From assembly GCF_006345805.1 (NCBI RefSeq), contig NC_042997.1, positions 194,184,001 through 194,248,000 of the forward strand: 64,000 nt of DNA, given 5' to 3'. Origin of the DNA: Octopus sinensis. Taxonomy: Eukaryota. The position numbers and the translations under genes are program-made. The notes below the pieces were generated by a model. It worked only from the letters and a program-made list of their open reading frames with translations, was not told the origin of the DNA and did no database searches. Every line of letters starts with the position of its first letter. Within the stretch, counting starts at the first letter, position 1. This document shows positions 1-12,720 of the stretch, piece after piece.

Positions 1-621
1 CTTCAACCCAAAATTTATGCGTCTTGGTTTCACCGAAGTTCTACACCAAGGATTGGAGTGCACATTCATTAAAGGAGCCACGAATTTAGTAGAAAATGGC
101 CATCATCACTAAGCTATCAAGTATATTTCGGCGATGTTTTATCATTGAAAAATTTTAACGTCTGCTTAAACACTGATAAAACGGTACTTTTCAAGAAAAA
201 TCCTTTGTGACGTTAACTGTCAGGTTTGCTGTATTATAAACCGAATAACATTAAACCGAATTAGTTTCTCTGCTGATAATAGTGAAATCATTGACCTCAT
301 ACCGTGACATGACTTCTCCCTGATGACACTGGAATACATAACCTCATATTGTTATACAACCTCTGACACCATGTCTCCACATACGGTTATATACATTGCA
401 TGATAGTGTATTTTTACAAAATGCGATACAAGCTTCGTTGTAGCACTCCCTCCACTGGAGTTTTAACAGCCAACCTTCTGCCACGTGACGTCACAGCAGA
501 CAATAGAAAAGTCATTTACACACTTCATTCACTTACTAAAACACACGAGCCAACCAATGAACCTCCGCGCGTTCGTTCGGACTACTAGAAACAACAGCCA
601 AATTTCCCTTAAATCACACCC

Positions 622-767
622 TACGTTCTGAGTTTAAATTCTGCTGAGATCGTCTTTGCCTTTCATCCTTTCGAGGGTGATAAAATAAATACCAGTCGGG
701 TATTGGGGATTGATGTAATCGACTTACCCTCTTCACGAAAGTACTGGCCTTATGCTTATTGTAGAAA
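622..767 (+). mobile_element. SINE family B, 5'-truncated, U-type tail running into (TTA)n
   Basis: tacgttctgagtttaaattc..gcctttcatcctttcg..gatgtaatcgact, then ggccttatgcttattgtagaaa and (tta)n. Confidence 0.75.

Positions 768-819
<52 letters not shown>
768..819. repeat. (TTA)n microsatellite; further tracts at 1373-1455, 4063-4182, 4871-4987
   Basis: Direct reading. Confidence 0.98.
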
Positions 820-1372
820 GAGTGAGAGAGCAGTTCATGCCATCAAAGTGACACTGGGGTAAAATATACGAAGCCCAATATACCCATCATGACTACCCGT
901 CTGATAAAGGTACCCAGGCACATGCATCACACCATATGTGCGCGACATGGTGATCTCATATCAAGATAAACAACACATGACCTTGCAGGTGGGGCCCAGT
1001 TAGAATTTTCTTCAGGTTGAGTAGCCCATCCTGCTCAAACGGTCCCTGAATAAGGGTTGCTTTAGGATGTTGAACGAAACACCTATGTTTCCAGAGGTGA
1101 ACCATTCAAACTCCAAAGAATCCCTCTCAACACATGGCCATGATGCTCCCCCACTACTTCTGCTCGTGATCAGAGATGCACATATCGTCAGCCACTAAGG
1201 GACATGCTCAACTGGTTAAGGTCAAACAACTGACAAGCAAACCTGTGGTATTGAGCAGAATATTTGCTGTAGCCCATCTTTTATACCAAGACAAAACAAT
1301 GTACATGATAACACTTCCAGTCAGTTAAGATCAGAAGCCATGAGAGCCACTGCCTGGTACTGCATCAGGGCA
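820..1372 (-). mobile_element. Non-coding ~550-bp (TAA)n-flanked interspersed element X, copy 1
   Basis: Closely related copy at 1456-1999 and a partial inverted copy at 63941-64000; all bounded by (TAA)n; no ORF. Strand inferred from the (AAT)n strand. Confidence 0.75.
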
Positions 1373-1430
<58 letters not shown>

Positions 1431-1455
1431 TATTATTATTATTATTATTATTATT

Positions 1456-1999
1456 GTGTGAGAGAGCAGTGCATGCCATCAAAGTGACACTGGGGTAAAA
1501 TATACGAAGCCCAGTATATCCATAACGACTACCCGTCTGATAAGGGTACGCCAGGCATGTGCATCACAACCGTATGTGCGCGACATAGTGATCTCATATC
1601 AAGATAGCGCATGTCCTTGCAAGTGAGGTCCATTTTCTTCAGGTCGAGTTGCCCATTCCACTCAAATGATTCCTGAATAAGAGTTGTTTAAGGATGTTGA
1701 ACGAAACATCCATATTTCCAAAGGTGAATTATCCAAACCTCAAAGAATTCCTCTCAACACATGACTAGGATGCTCCCCAGCTACTTCTACTCGTGATCAG
1801 GGATGCACATATCGTCAGCCATTAAGGAACATGCTTAACTGGTTATTGTCAAACAACTGACAAGCAAATTTGTGGTATCGAGCAGAATATTTGCTGTAGC
1901 CCATCTTTTATACCAAGACAAAACAATGTACACGATAACATTTCCAATCAGTTAAGATCAGAAGCCATGAGAGTCAGTGCCTGGTACTGCATCAAGGCA
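1456..1999 (-). mobile_element. Element X, copy 2
   Basis: Same ends (gtgagagagcagt.. / ..gcctggtactgcatcaaggcat) as copy 1, moderately diverged. Confidence 0.75.
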
Positions 2000-2015
2000 T
2001 TATTATTATCATTAT

Positions 2016-3150
2016 CAATTTTTATTATGAGAGCCCCTCGAATAGTTCTTAATTTCCGGTTGGTCTTTACTTGAAAGCAGGCAATAGCAAGTCACCAAAG
2101 GTTTCAAGTAGTGCCTTCTCTTATGACTCAAAGCGATAATACTTTCTTTAGAATGTGAGCTGTACTCATCAATGCCTGACAGCAGCTCCAATATTCTTAA
2201 TATGTTTTTCAAAATTCTTGGAAAGTGCTCTTAATGCTCCAATTACCACCGGTATCACAATTATTTCCTCATGCCCCATAACTTTCCTATCTCGTCCCAC
2301 AGCGGCTGGTATTTCTCGAGCTTTTCTGTTTCCCTACATTTCACCCACGAATCGATTAGTATTGCGACATCTATTATCTGTACTTCTTTTTCATCTTTAT
2401 GGATGAGCACGATATCTGGTCGTCTCGCCTCTGTGACTTGGTCGCACTGCATGTTAAAATCTGGGAGTATTTTGTAATGTTCGTTTTCCATTACTCCCTT
2501 TGGCTTGTGTTCATACCATTGTTCGGTTCTCTCGTGGTTTGCTTTACCGCACAACAGACAGTGGATGTATCTGACCACATTGTTGTGTCTCCTTTTGCAT
2601 TCGCGTTGTGCGAGCTTACAGTACTCACTAATAATATGGCTTATACTTTCTCCCTTTTCAGAGCACATCCTACACTGTGGCAAGTCAGTGCTTTTATCAA
2701 TGTGATATTTGGAGTAGTTTGTTCTGAAAGTTCGTTCTTGAGCGCTGCACACTAATGCCTCAGTGAGCCCTTTTTTTGTCTCCTTTTTTCAGCCATTGCC
2801 AAGATCTATTTAATTATTCTTCAAGAACTGACTGTACATTTTCTTGTCCTTTAACCCCACTGTCTTAGTTTCACTATCAGCATTCTCTTTCCCATCCTTC
2901 CGTTCACCGCCGGTCTTACTATCCCCGTCTCTTAATGTTTTCTAGTTCAACTGGGGATAACCAGTCGTTCTTTTTGATGGCTCTAGCTTGGTCACACAGA
3001 TTTTGTTCATTTAATTCAAATAGGCCTCTGTCGCTCCATGTCCTGTGCATTCTTTTCCTATATCCCCTAGCGGGTACTTGCTTATTATTTCTCGGATTAC
3101 CCAGAAAGTAGGAGTCCATTACAGCTGCATTCATTTCTTTCCTTTCGTCC
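2016..3150 (-). mobile_element. R4/Dong-clade REL non-LTR retrotransposon with internal deletion (no RT)
   Basis: N-terminal motif RGYRKRM..EQNLCDQARAIKKNDWLS..ELE (2919-3152) joined to the C-terminus with CRMC..H..C zinc knuckle, RHN, and RRPDIVL..IIDVA..EKLEKY REL endonuclease (2261-2752). Confidence 0.85.
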
Positions 3151-3173
3151 ATATTATTATATTATTATTACTA

Positions 3174-4062
3174 TTTATTGTCTTTGCACAGCTTCTAACG
3201 CTGGAGATGTACTACGGTGTCAGCTGTTCACTATCAGTGAACTAAGGTAACACCCCTTATTTTTCGAGTACCATCCGGACTATTCGAGCGGTCCCAAGCA
3301 GTGCTGTTTTCTGCAAGTGATCCACCCTTATTGCAGCCCCTATTTGTTCCATATACTTCTCAAGACTTTTACTCACTGTTCCCGGGGCTCCGACAATTAT
3401 TGGCACTACAACCACTTTTATTATCGACCACAACTGCTTAACCTCCCACGCTAACCTGTCATATCTCTTGACTTTTCTTTCTTCTTTATTGCAGCTGGGT
3501 ATGCTACATCTGTGATCCAGTATCGTTTGCTTTCTTTCTCAATTAACACTATACCTGGCTTCCTATTCTCTATCTCATGGAAATCGTAAAATCCCATAGG
3601 ATCTTTGCATTATCATTTTCGATGATGCCTTCGGGTTTATATGTTTGTACCACTTCTTTGCTCTGCCAAGTCCATACTTGTTGCAAAGTGTCCAATGGAC
3701 AATCCTTGCTATATTGTCATGACGTCTCTTATATTCTTTCTAGGCTAGTGGCGTACATTGACTGGTAATATGCCGTACGGTTTCACCATTTTCTCCACAG
3801 ATTCTGCACTTATCACTTTCTGATGTGTTGTCTTTTCTGTATTTGATGTAATTCGTTCTTAGTGCTTGCTCTTAGGCAGCACAGATCAGAGCCTCCGTTT
3901 CCGATTTTAAATCACTTTTAGTCATCCACAGCCATCTTTTTTCTCTGTCTGTCTTATCTTCAACATCCCTATGAAATTGTCCATGCATTCTTTTCTTTAC
4001 CCACCTATTTTCAGTTTCAATCATTCTCAAGTTCTTGTACGGTGCTTTATCTTTACAATCTC
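3174..4062 (-). mobile_element. R4/Dong-clade 3' fragment, degraded
   Basis: Translates to KRMHGQF..ETEALICAA..CRICGENGETVRHITSQC..RRHDN..VPIIVGA..LQKTALLGTAR with stops; 3' UTR shared with 56131-56320. Confidence 0.88.
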
Positions 4063-4117
<55 letters not shown>

Positions 4118-4140
4118 GTTATTATTATTATTATTATTAC

Positions 4141-4182
<42 letters not shown>

Positions 4183-4868
4183 CATATGTTTGACTTTTGT
4201 TCTACATTTGTACAAGTTGGCTCCAAGTCTCACCTAGACACCTCAAAAGACAACAAGTTGGAAGTTCATGTTGGTGTTATGCCTAAGGTGCCATATATTT
4301 GGTTTTTTACTTAGTGTTGTACTAGTGAATGTTTAAGAAACCATAAGAAAATTATGTTTGTTTTAAAACTTGAGATTACATAGAAAATATTTTGCGTAGG
4401 ATATGAGCAGTTCCCATGAGTACTATCTTTTGAATTTCTGCCATTTTTGGGTTTCCTGGTATCTGAGTTAAGTAGCAATAAACCCTTTTTGCTATCATTC
4501 CCAGGGCACCTATGACAACAGGTATTGTTTTAGTCTTCAGGTTCCATATTTTGCTAATTTCTATTTCAAGATCTTTATATTTGCTCAGTTTTTGGTAGAT
4601 CTTGACAGATACGTTTATATCGATTGGGACAGTCATATCAATGAGGAGGCATGTTCTTTGTTTGAAGTCTTTCAATATGATGTCTGGCCTATTCGCATCT
4701 ATCATTCTGTCAGTTTGAATGGGGAAGTTCCAGAAGAGTGAGATGTGGTCATTTTCAAGCACTAGGGGTGGTTTGTGTTCCCACCAGTTTTTTTCATGGG
4801 GCAAATCCATGTTTTTGCAGATTACCCAGTGAATATATTGTGCAGCTCTATCATGCCTGTTGAGATAC

Positions 4869-4870
<2 letters not shown>
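4183..4870 (-). mobile_element. R4/Dong-clade 3' fragment with open REL domain
   Basis: RHDRAAQYIHW..RPDIILKD..LIDMTVP..KLSKYKDL..PVVIGALG..LMGTAHILRK, 3' UTR, (TAA)n on both sides. Confidence 0.9.
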
Positions 4871-4966
<96 letters not shown>

Positions 4967-5229
4967 GATTATTATTATTATTATTATTTGTCGTATGGGT
5001 AATCTATAGCGTATTGTATTGCGTCTATGAATTTTGAGGTTATGTTCCATAAGACGAGGACTATAAGAGTTGAAGTCTGCTACGGTATAAACATTGTGTT
5101 TCTGGCATGTCCAAATGGTCTTTCGTTTTTGTTGTTTGCTCGTTGTGCTGGTGGTCTCTGGGTGTGGTTGATGAACAACATTTGTTGACGCATTATGCAC
5201 TGTTTTGTGTTTTGTTTTCTAGTTCATTT

Positions 5230-6665
5230 TCGTTTGTTGTGAAGAGTTTGCTGGCTCAGACAGGACCGATATAAAGTCATGATAGAGCTAATGTATTGCT
5301 TGTCCGCCATTTTTACTGTTGTCTTTCTATTATTGTGGTTAGCTGTGTCTGGTGGATCCAGCTGGACTGACGTAATACATGGTGAATTTAATGTATTTGT
5401 TTGCACGCCAGTTTTGTTTCTTTCTGTTGACCAAATATGGGACCAGTGAAGAAGCCAGGCGTAACTCTGTATGTATCTCGCTTTTCTCGTTTTTCCTGGT
5501 AGTATTGAGTACATTTTCCCTCCATATCCTAAATATCACTTCAACAAGAGTCTGCCACAATGAAGTGAATTTAACGATGTCTTCTCCTTTTGAAAGGTTC
5601 ATATTTGGCTTCTCTTGAATCTCCGTTGTCATTTCGTTTTCGTTAGTATGTCTTCTATATGTATTGTTAGTGTTGCGAAAGAGTTATATGTCCAAATATT
5701 GTTGTCTTCTGGGTGTGTGATATTTTTACGTTGCCGTGTGTGATGGTTGATTTTATTCGGTGTTCTCTAGTATTACTCTTCAGAAAGGAGATGATGAATT
5801 CAGTAGGTGTATTGGGACCAGGTTTCTATGTAATTAATGAAAATTTGAATTAATTGTGCTGCTGAATTTGAAGAACGGTGACAAAATATGAGTACGATGT
5901 TGTTTACGTGTGAAAGAGTAGATACTTGAAGGTCGTGTACGTAAACATTGAAAAGTAGATGAGGAGACCGATCGCCATGGTACTCCATTCAGGAAACGGA
6001 AATTTTTCAATGCATTTTTCTTGTACACTACATAGATCTGACGCCCTGGGAGTTTGCTGGTAAATTTTCTTAAGATGGTGTTGAATATTTTGTGCGTAAA
6101 AGAAGATCAGGAATGAATTCGGAAACTGCTGACGTGACTAATCATTAGAATGTACGTGACCGTTATGTATTCTCTATATTAGGTTTGTGAGTACTGTAGT
6201 GGTTGAACGTATAGGTTTGAATCGGTATTGTGATTTGGAGAGTTGTGTGGGTTAAGGATGTCAAGGATTAACATTTCAAGAATGATTTAGGATGAACACA
6301 GGAAGGGGACAAATCTGTGCGTTGTTACGCTACTTGGGTTTTCGTTGAACTATAAAACTGTTACAGTTTATCCCAGCTTCAAGGTTCTGGAAATTTTATA
6401 GTGTTAGATTAGTTATAGATATTGGTAAGTGCGGTTCTAATCTTTCAGGTTCTAGGAGTTTTAGGTTTGATTGTGATTTTTTTTCTGGTCCTGAGGCTTT
6501 TGAGATTTTAGATTTCCTTATTGCTTTTTAGGTGTCCGACGAATGGAAACGGTCGAAAACGTGCTCTAGGTGGAAGGTGCGTATTTTTCGTTTTGCGTTA
6601 TTTTTTTATGTGGATTTTGGCGGCTGATTTCGGAGAATTGTCCCATCAGGCTCTTTGCTTTAGCG
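5230..6665 (-). mobile_element. Degraded APE-type LINE reverse transcriptase (I/Jockey-like)
   Basis: Across frameshifts: KAIRKSKISKASGP, LTNIYN..FPEP, NGVP..LFNVYVHDL..NNIVL..IETW, corresponding to RT subdomains. Confidence 0.7.
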
Positions 6666-7102
6666 TTGCATGTGGATATACTATTTGAGCTTATCATTGT
6701 CACATGGGTGTTGTTGTTGTTGGTGATGTTACTACTAATTACTCAATATAGTATTTCACTGTTGTCTTTTCGGGAGGTGGTTGTCGTTCATGTTAAAAGC
6801 AGTTTCTCAGCTTTCTATTGTTCTACGGTTTATTTTCCATGTTATTTCTTTGTTTAATGGTTTGATGCCGAGTTTTATTTGTGTAGAATGAGAAGGGGTT
6901 CGCATATTGTACTGTCCTTGGTTTTTATTAGGTTGCTCATTTCTGTTATGTAAATGATGTTGTATTTTTATGTTGCTTTATGGGATACGTTTTTCGAGAG
7001 TATTTTACAAGTATTTTGTTGAATGCATGTCCTGCAAGATAATGTTTGCATTTGTGGAGTTTTTATTGTGTTTCATTATAGAATTCATTAATTTTTTTTT
7101 AA

Positions 7103-7491
7103 CTAGCAGTATAGCCCAGCGTTGCTCGGGCTTGTTTTCTCTTCGACGCTTTAGAATTGGAATTTTTGAAAAGTAAAAATTTTGCATTACGTAGCTTGTT
7201 ATTCTCTTTAAGTGAATATTTTTCTGGTTGAAATACACCGAAAAATGGTGACACAGCAGTAAAAAAAAAGGGAGGTTTTCATAGAAAAAAAGCACCTTTT
7301 TGATGTAAATAATTTTTTTGTGTTCACATGGTCCGATTTGAATTTTTTCTTCTACGGAAGGAAGAGCAAGCCTTCTTCTATCATACTCTCAATTTTGGTC
7401 AACTTGCGCCGCAGGGTCTCGGAGGAGATAGTGTTAGTTGAAGGCTACCAAACCTGCCACACACAGACAACTTCAGCTTTATATATATAGA
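7103..7491 (-). mobile_element. Non-autonomous mini-Helitron
   Basis: On - strand: A|TC start (tctatatatataaagc), subterminal hairpin cccgagcaacgctggg, CTAG|T end; second copy at 54399-54770. Confidence 0.8.
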
Positions 7492-7780
7492 TTACTTTTG
7501 CTTCCTTGATGTGTGAATGTGTTAGTGTGGCTTGTTTAAGATACAAAGGAAGGCTAGTTGTGATGGTGTTATTTTAACTCTTGTGTTATCTGTACAGTTT
7601 GAAAACCAGGATGCAATGAGTTCACTGAATTCTCTCTCAATATTAATGGTATTTGGAAAGGTGTGTGAAGAGCGTAAACTAGTCAGTGACGGCGTTTGTG
7701 TATTTGCGCGTGTATGCGCGCGTGCGTACGTGTGTGTTCATCCATATAGGTGTATGTGTTATACTAGGTGCTGGTCTTGT

Positions 7781-8112
7781 GAAGGCACATGGCTCAGTGG
7801 TTAGAGTGTCGTGCTTATGATCGTGAGGTTGTGAGTTCGAATCCCGGACCGGGCTGCGTGATGTGCTCTTGAGCAAGACACTTTATTTCACGTTGCTCCA
7901 GTTCACTCGCTGTAGAAATGAGTTGCGACGTCACTGGTGCCAAGCTGTATCAGCCTTTGCCTTTCCCTTGGATAAAATCGGTGGTGTGGAAAGGGGAGGC
8001 TGGTATGCATGGGAGACTTTTGGTCTTCCATAAAACAACCTTGCCCGGACTTGTGCCTGGGAGGGTAAATTTCTAAGTGCAATCATATGGTCAGTTATGA
8101 CCGAAGGGGGTC
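7781..8112 (+). mobile_element. tRNA-derived SINE family C
   Basis: A box TGGCTCAGTGG, B box GAGTTCGAATCCC, CORE-like cttgagcaagacact segment, non-tRNA tail. Confidence 0.75.
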
Positions 8113-8298
8113 GTATTTAGAATGCTTGCATTTCGAATGTATTGTCGCCTTCTGTCAGTTTTCAAACGTCTTTTGTAGTATCTATATACTGAATGCAAGA
8201 TATTTTGTGTGCTATGAGGTCTCCTCTGTTGCAACAGAGTATTTCTGACTTCATCTGAGTGTAATTAAGAATATTAAGTGTCCTGTGTTCTCGTTACC

Positions 8299-8672
8299 CT
8301 TTTACTTGTTTCAGTCATTTGACTGCAGCCATGCCGGAGCATCGCCTTAATGAGCAAATCGAACCCAGAACTTATTCTTTGGAAGCCTAGTACTTATTCT
8401 ATCGGTCTCTTTTGCCGAACCGCTAAGTTACGGGGATGTAAACACACCACCATCGGTTGTCAAGCGATGCTGGGTGGACAAACACAGACACACATACATA
8501 CATATATAGGGCGGGCTTCTTTCAGTTTCTGTCTACCAAATCCACTCACAAGGATTTGGTCGGCCCGAGGCTATAGAAGAAGACACTTGCCCAAGGTGCC
8601 ACGCAGTGGGAATGAACCCGGAACCATGTGGCTGGTAAACAAGCTACTTACCACACAGCCACTCCTGCGCCT
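8299..8672 (-). mobile_element. tRNA-derived CORE-type SINE family A
   Basis: Head aggcgcaggagtggctgtgtggtaagtagc, CORE-like ccttgggcaagtgtctt, internal (TA/TG)n, tail gactgaaacaagtaaaag; many copies in the window. Confidence 0.9.
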
Positions 8673-8906
8673 GTAAAATTTAATATTGCTAATTTAATAA
8701 AAGTATTTTGTAGGCTGTTAATGTAATATTGCAACGTTTTAAAATTTTTGTATGATGTTTATGTTTTATTTCTGTGCGTGAAAGATGGTATTAAATATTT
8801 TTATAGCGCCATCTTGCGGCATTGTGAAGAGAGAAGATACTTAGCTTTTATCGTAACTTTGTTGTTAGCGTTATAATTATTGTTTCTGTAATGACGATTT
8901 TATATA

Positions 8907-10032
8907 TGAGGAGGTACCCAAAAGAAACTAGAATTTTGCAATATTATTTTAAACGCTTAGTTTTACATCTTTACACTTTTATCGCCTTCAAAGTATTCTC
9001 CATTTAAAGCAAAGCTTCGGTCCAGATGCGTTTTCCACTGTTCGAAGCGGTACTAGAACTCTTGCAAAATGATGCCTTTTAACGCCTCCGTCGGTTTTTT
9101 TTTTTCACCTCTTCTACATCTGCAAATTCCGAAGCACCAGCTTTCGTCGCCTTCGAAAAAAGATCCGGATCAACTTCCAGCTTTTCTTTCAGCTCACGGC
9201 ATGTATTCAGTTGTGACTGCTTTTGATCTTCCGTGCATCTCTTTTCATTCGCAATTCCTCGCTCGAAATTCGTTGGCAGGAGCTCCAGGACACAACAGTC
9301 ATATCAATAAGTTCGTCAATTGTTCGGTGACGGTCCTCTAAAATCAGTTCATGAATATTCATGATTTTTTTTATTCGTTCGGGAGGTCGACAATCGCCTT
9401 GAACAAAGTTGGTCTTCAAGTGACAAGTGACCGTTCCTAAAGCGTGAAAACCACTCGTAAACTTGTGTTTTGCTCATGGCAGCATCCTTGTAAGCTGTTA
9501 GAAGCATAACAATTGTTTCGGTCGCCGTTTTCGCCAGCATACAACAAAATTTCACGGAAGCACGCTGTTCCTTCGTTTCAGCCATCGCAAAAATCGATGA
9601 ACAGGGGAGAAGCACTGCAAAACAAAGACGCACCATGTGACAGTATGACTGTTACAGACAACACTGGTCGGCAGACTGGTGCCTGAGGGTCGCATCAAGT
9701 TGTTTCTAGCGGCGGAAGCCTGAACTACATATTTCTTTACTACCCACAAGGGGCTAAACACAGAGAAGACAAACAAGGACAGACAAACGGATTAAGTCGA
9801 TTACATCGACCCCAGTGTGTATCTGGTACTTATTTAATCGAGCCCGAAAGGATGAAAGGCAAAGTCAACCTCAGCGGAATTTGAACTCAGAACGTAACGG
9901 CAGACGAAATACAGCTAAGCATTTCGACCGGCCTGCTAACGTTTCTGCCAGCTCGCCGCCTTCGTGGAAGCCTGAACTACCACGAGCTTGTCCCACAGAG
10001 ACCGTTTCCAGTTACTTTTGGTTGCCCTCTCG
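8907..10032 (-). mobile_element. Internally deleted mariner transposon
   Basis: Imperfect ~28-bp TIRs, TA at 8905-6 and 10033-4; N-terminal HTH EQRASVKFC..SKTQVYEWFSRFRNG..IHELILEDR; most of the DDD domain absent; SINE-B nested inside. Confidence 0.85.
9730..9960 (-). mobile_element. SINE family B, full length, T-type tail, 15-bp TSD
   Basis: TSD ggaagcctgaactac at 9714-9728 and 9966-9980; A box TGGCAGAAACG, B box GAGTTCAAATTCC. Confidence 0.92.
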
Positions 10033-10089
10033 TATGTGGAGATTTCGTAGATTGTTTTTGTTTGTATTTGGGCAAGTAGTTTGGAAAAC

Positions 10090-10263
10090 ACCGTATTTGA
10101 TAATATGAAAAACACTCGGGCATATTAGACACATCCCAATTTCAGGAGTGCATATTCAGGACAAAAATATTTTGAATGCATTGAAGCATAGAGGATCCAA
10201 GGTGATTTTTTGAGACACGTTTTGGAAAAAGAAAAGTATGTCTTGTATGCCGTCAAATATGGT
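10090..10263. mobile_element. Small Tc1/pogo-like MITE relic
   Basis: Degenerate inverted ends accgtatttga / tcaaatatggt. Confidence 0.45.
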
Positions 10264-11108
10264 AAGTTTTCGGGACTTACAGTTTGTTTCGTGCAAATAA
10301 ATTGGTTCTGACGTATTCGGGCGGCGTCCACATTTGCATAAATATTTCACTGTATCTAACCTAAATGGTTCAATCGACAAGCCAGGCGTGACTATCTCGT
10401 TTTATTTTCTCACATTATTATATACAGGATTGCTCCTCTACTTTTGGGGATATAGCATCAGATTTAAAGGAAATTTAACGGCAGTTTTGGCCGAACGAGG
10501 GACTGCCTGGAGTTCATCTGCTCGTTTGTCTGTTGGTCATTAATGGTCAGTTACCTTGCAAGAGATTGATGACCGATGCTTATGTCTGTGATATTTTTTT
10601 TTCATGCTGATAGCGCCTGTACGAGAACACGAAATAGTATTCTTTTGATTGGATGGCCTGGTACTTTATCGACACGGCCAGCTGCGACGTTTTGAAAAAT
10701 GTTAACATTCCGATGGTGTATGTGAAATCGTTGTTGATGTTTATTATCTTTGTAGTTATTGTTATTGTTATTGTTATTGTCGTTGCTGTCGTCTTAGCAT
10801 GAAATATGTGTGAATGAAGCAGAAAGAGAGGACAAATATGTGGTATTTTATTTCTATGTGAAAAAAAATAAAGTCCTGAAGAAGAAATGAAAAAAAACAG
10901 ATAAGAAGAATATGGGATTGAGATTCCATATCACAATACATATGTTAGGATCTTCGGTGAAAGTGAAGCGCGCGCGCGTATGTGTGTGTGTGTGTCTGTG
11001 TGTGTATGTATGTGTGTGTGTGTGTGCGCGGGCGTGTGCGATTGATTAAGATAAAGAGATATAGAGCAGGGTGAAAAAGTATGGGAACGTGTTAGGAGGA
11101 GACAAAAA

Positions 11109-11201
11109 TCATATATATATATACACATATATATATATATCATATCATTCATACATATACGTATATAAGTGTGTGTGTGTGTGTGAATACATATATTTGT
11201 G

Positions 11202-11289
<88 letters not shown>

Positions 11290-11306
11290 ATATGAGTGCA
11301 TGTATT

Positions 11307-11337
<31 letters not shown>

Positions 11338-11359
11338 ATATATGTATATATATATATAT

Positions 11360-11447
<88 letters not shown>

Positions 11448-11450
11448 AGT
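11109..11450. repeat. Compound (TA)n/(TG)n microsatellite
   Basis: Direct reading. Confidence 0.95.
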
Positions 11451-11586
11451 GTGAGAGAAAGAAGGGAGAGAGCAGGGGGACTATGGACAAACAAACAAAA
11501 AAGGCGTGATGGAATAGAATAACAGAGTCACGACGGAAGGGAAATATGGAGTGGGCGAGAGAGGCCGAATAGAGAGAAGTATATAG

Positions 11587-11618
<32 letters not shown>

Positions 11619-12188
11619 TAAATAATAGAAATAGAGTAGGAGAAAAATGAAATGAAGAAAAGAGCTTATAATGAGAAAAAGTGGGGGAATAGAGGGAAAG
11701 AAAAGGAGATTGGGAAAATGTGAGGTGGGGAGGCCAAGGAGGGAGAGACTTTGAGGACAATGTGCCTCTGTTAATCGTGTCACAATAAGTGAGAGTTAAA
11801 TATATGAGACATCACGACTTTAAGCTAAAAGGACTTTATGTAAAAAGGAACAAAATTCCTTCTTTTTTTTTCTTTTTTTTTTCATATCAATATATCTGTA
11901 TTCTGTACACCCGGGGGTCACCTTCACTACCGCCATTACCATCACCGCCATTTTTTTTTTCCTTGTCTGTCTTTCCATTTTTTTTCTTGCTATTTTTGTT
12001 TTGTTTTTTGTTTTTTTTTTACACTCTCAGCATGTCAGTGTTATTAAGAAGTCTACAATTCCAAACCTGGTAGGAAACAAAAACATCTCTTGTGGTATTC
12101 TTTGAAGAATTTGTTACATTGTGAACACAGTTTTGTTTGTATGTTTGTATGTTGAACATTAGTGTAGGCTTAAAGCTATCTCTACGTG

Positions 12189-12594
12189 TATGTATGTATG
12201 TATGTATGTATGTATGTATGTATGTATGTATGTATGTATGTATATATGTATGCATGCATATATGTATGTATCTATATATGTACGTAAGTATATAATGTAT
12301 GAATGTATATATGTGCAGACGTATGTATGTAATGTGTGCGTGTCTGTGTATACGTACGTATGTATATAATGTATATATGCATGCATGCATGTATGTATGT
12401 ACATATGCATGTAATGTATGTATGTATGTATGTATGTAAGTACATATGTAATGCATGTATGAATGTACATATGTATGTAATGTATGTATGTATGTAAGTA
12501 CATATGTAATGTATGTATGTATTTATGTATATACATATGTATGTAATGTGTATATGTTTGTATGTACATATGTATGTAATGTGTATATATATAT

Positions 12595-12639
<45 letters not shown>

Positions 12640-12720
12640 AGTATGTATATATGTGTGTGCATATGTATGTAATGTATGCACGTACATATGTATGTAATGT
12701 AATGAATGTATATATGCATG
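12189..12720. repeat. Degenerate (TATG)n/(TA)n satellite
   Basis: Direct reading. Confidence 0.95.

Noticed and set aside
1320-1372. Faint 5S rRNA internal-control-region resemblance at one end of element X
   Set aside because: Only short scattered matches; not supportable by eye.
4376-5200. 274-aa ORF, the longest listed
   Set aside because: Read-through from a LINE relic across (TAA)n (poly-Ile) into a Dong fragment; not a gene.
7781-7870. tRNA-like sequences with A and B boxes, also in SINE-A, B and D heads
   Set aside because: No full cloverleaf, and each runs into a SINE body; not tRNA genes.
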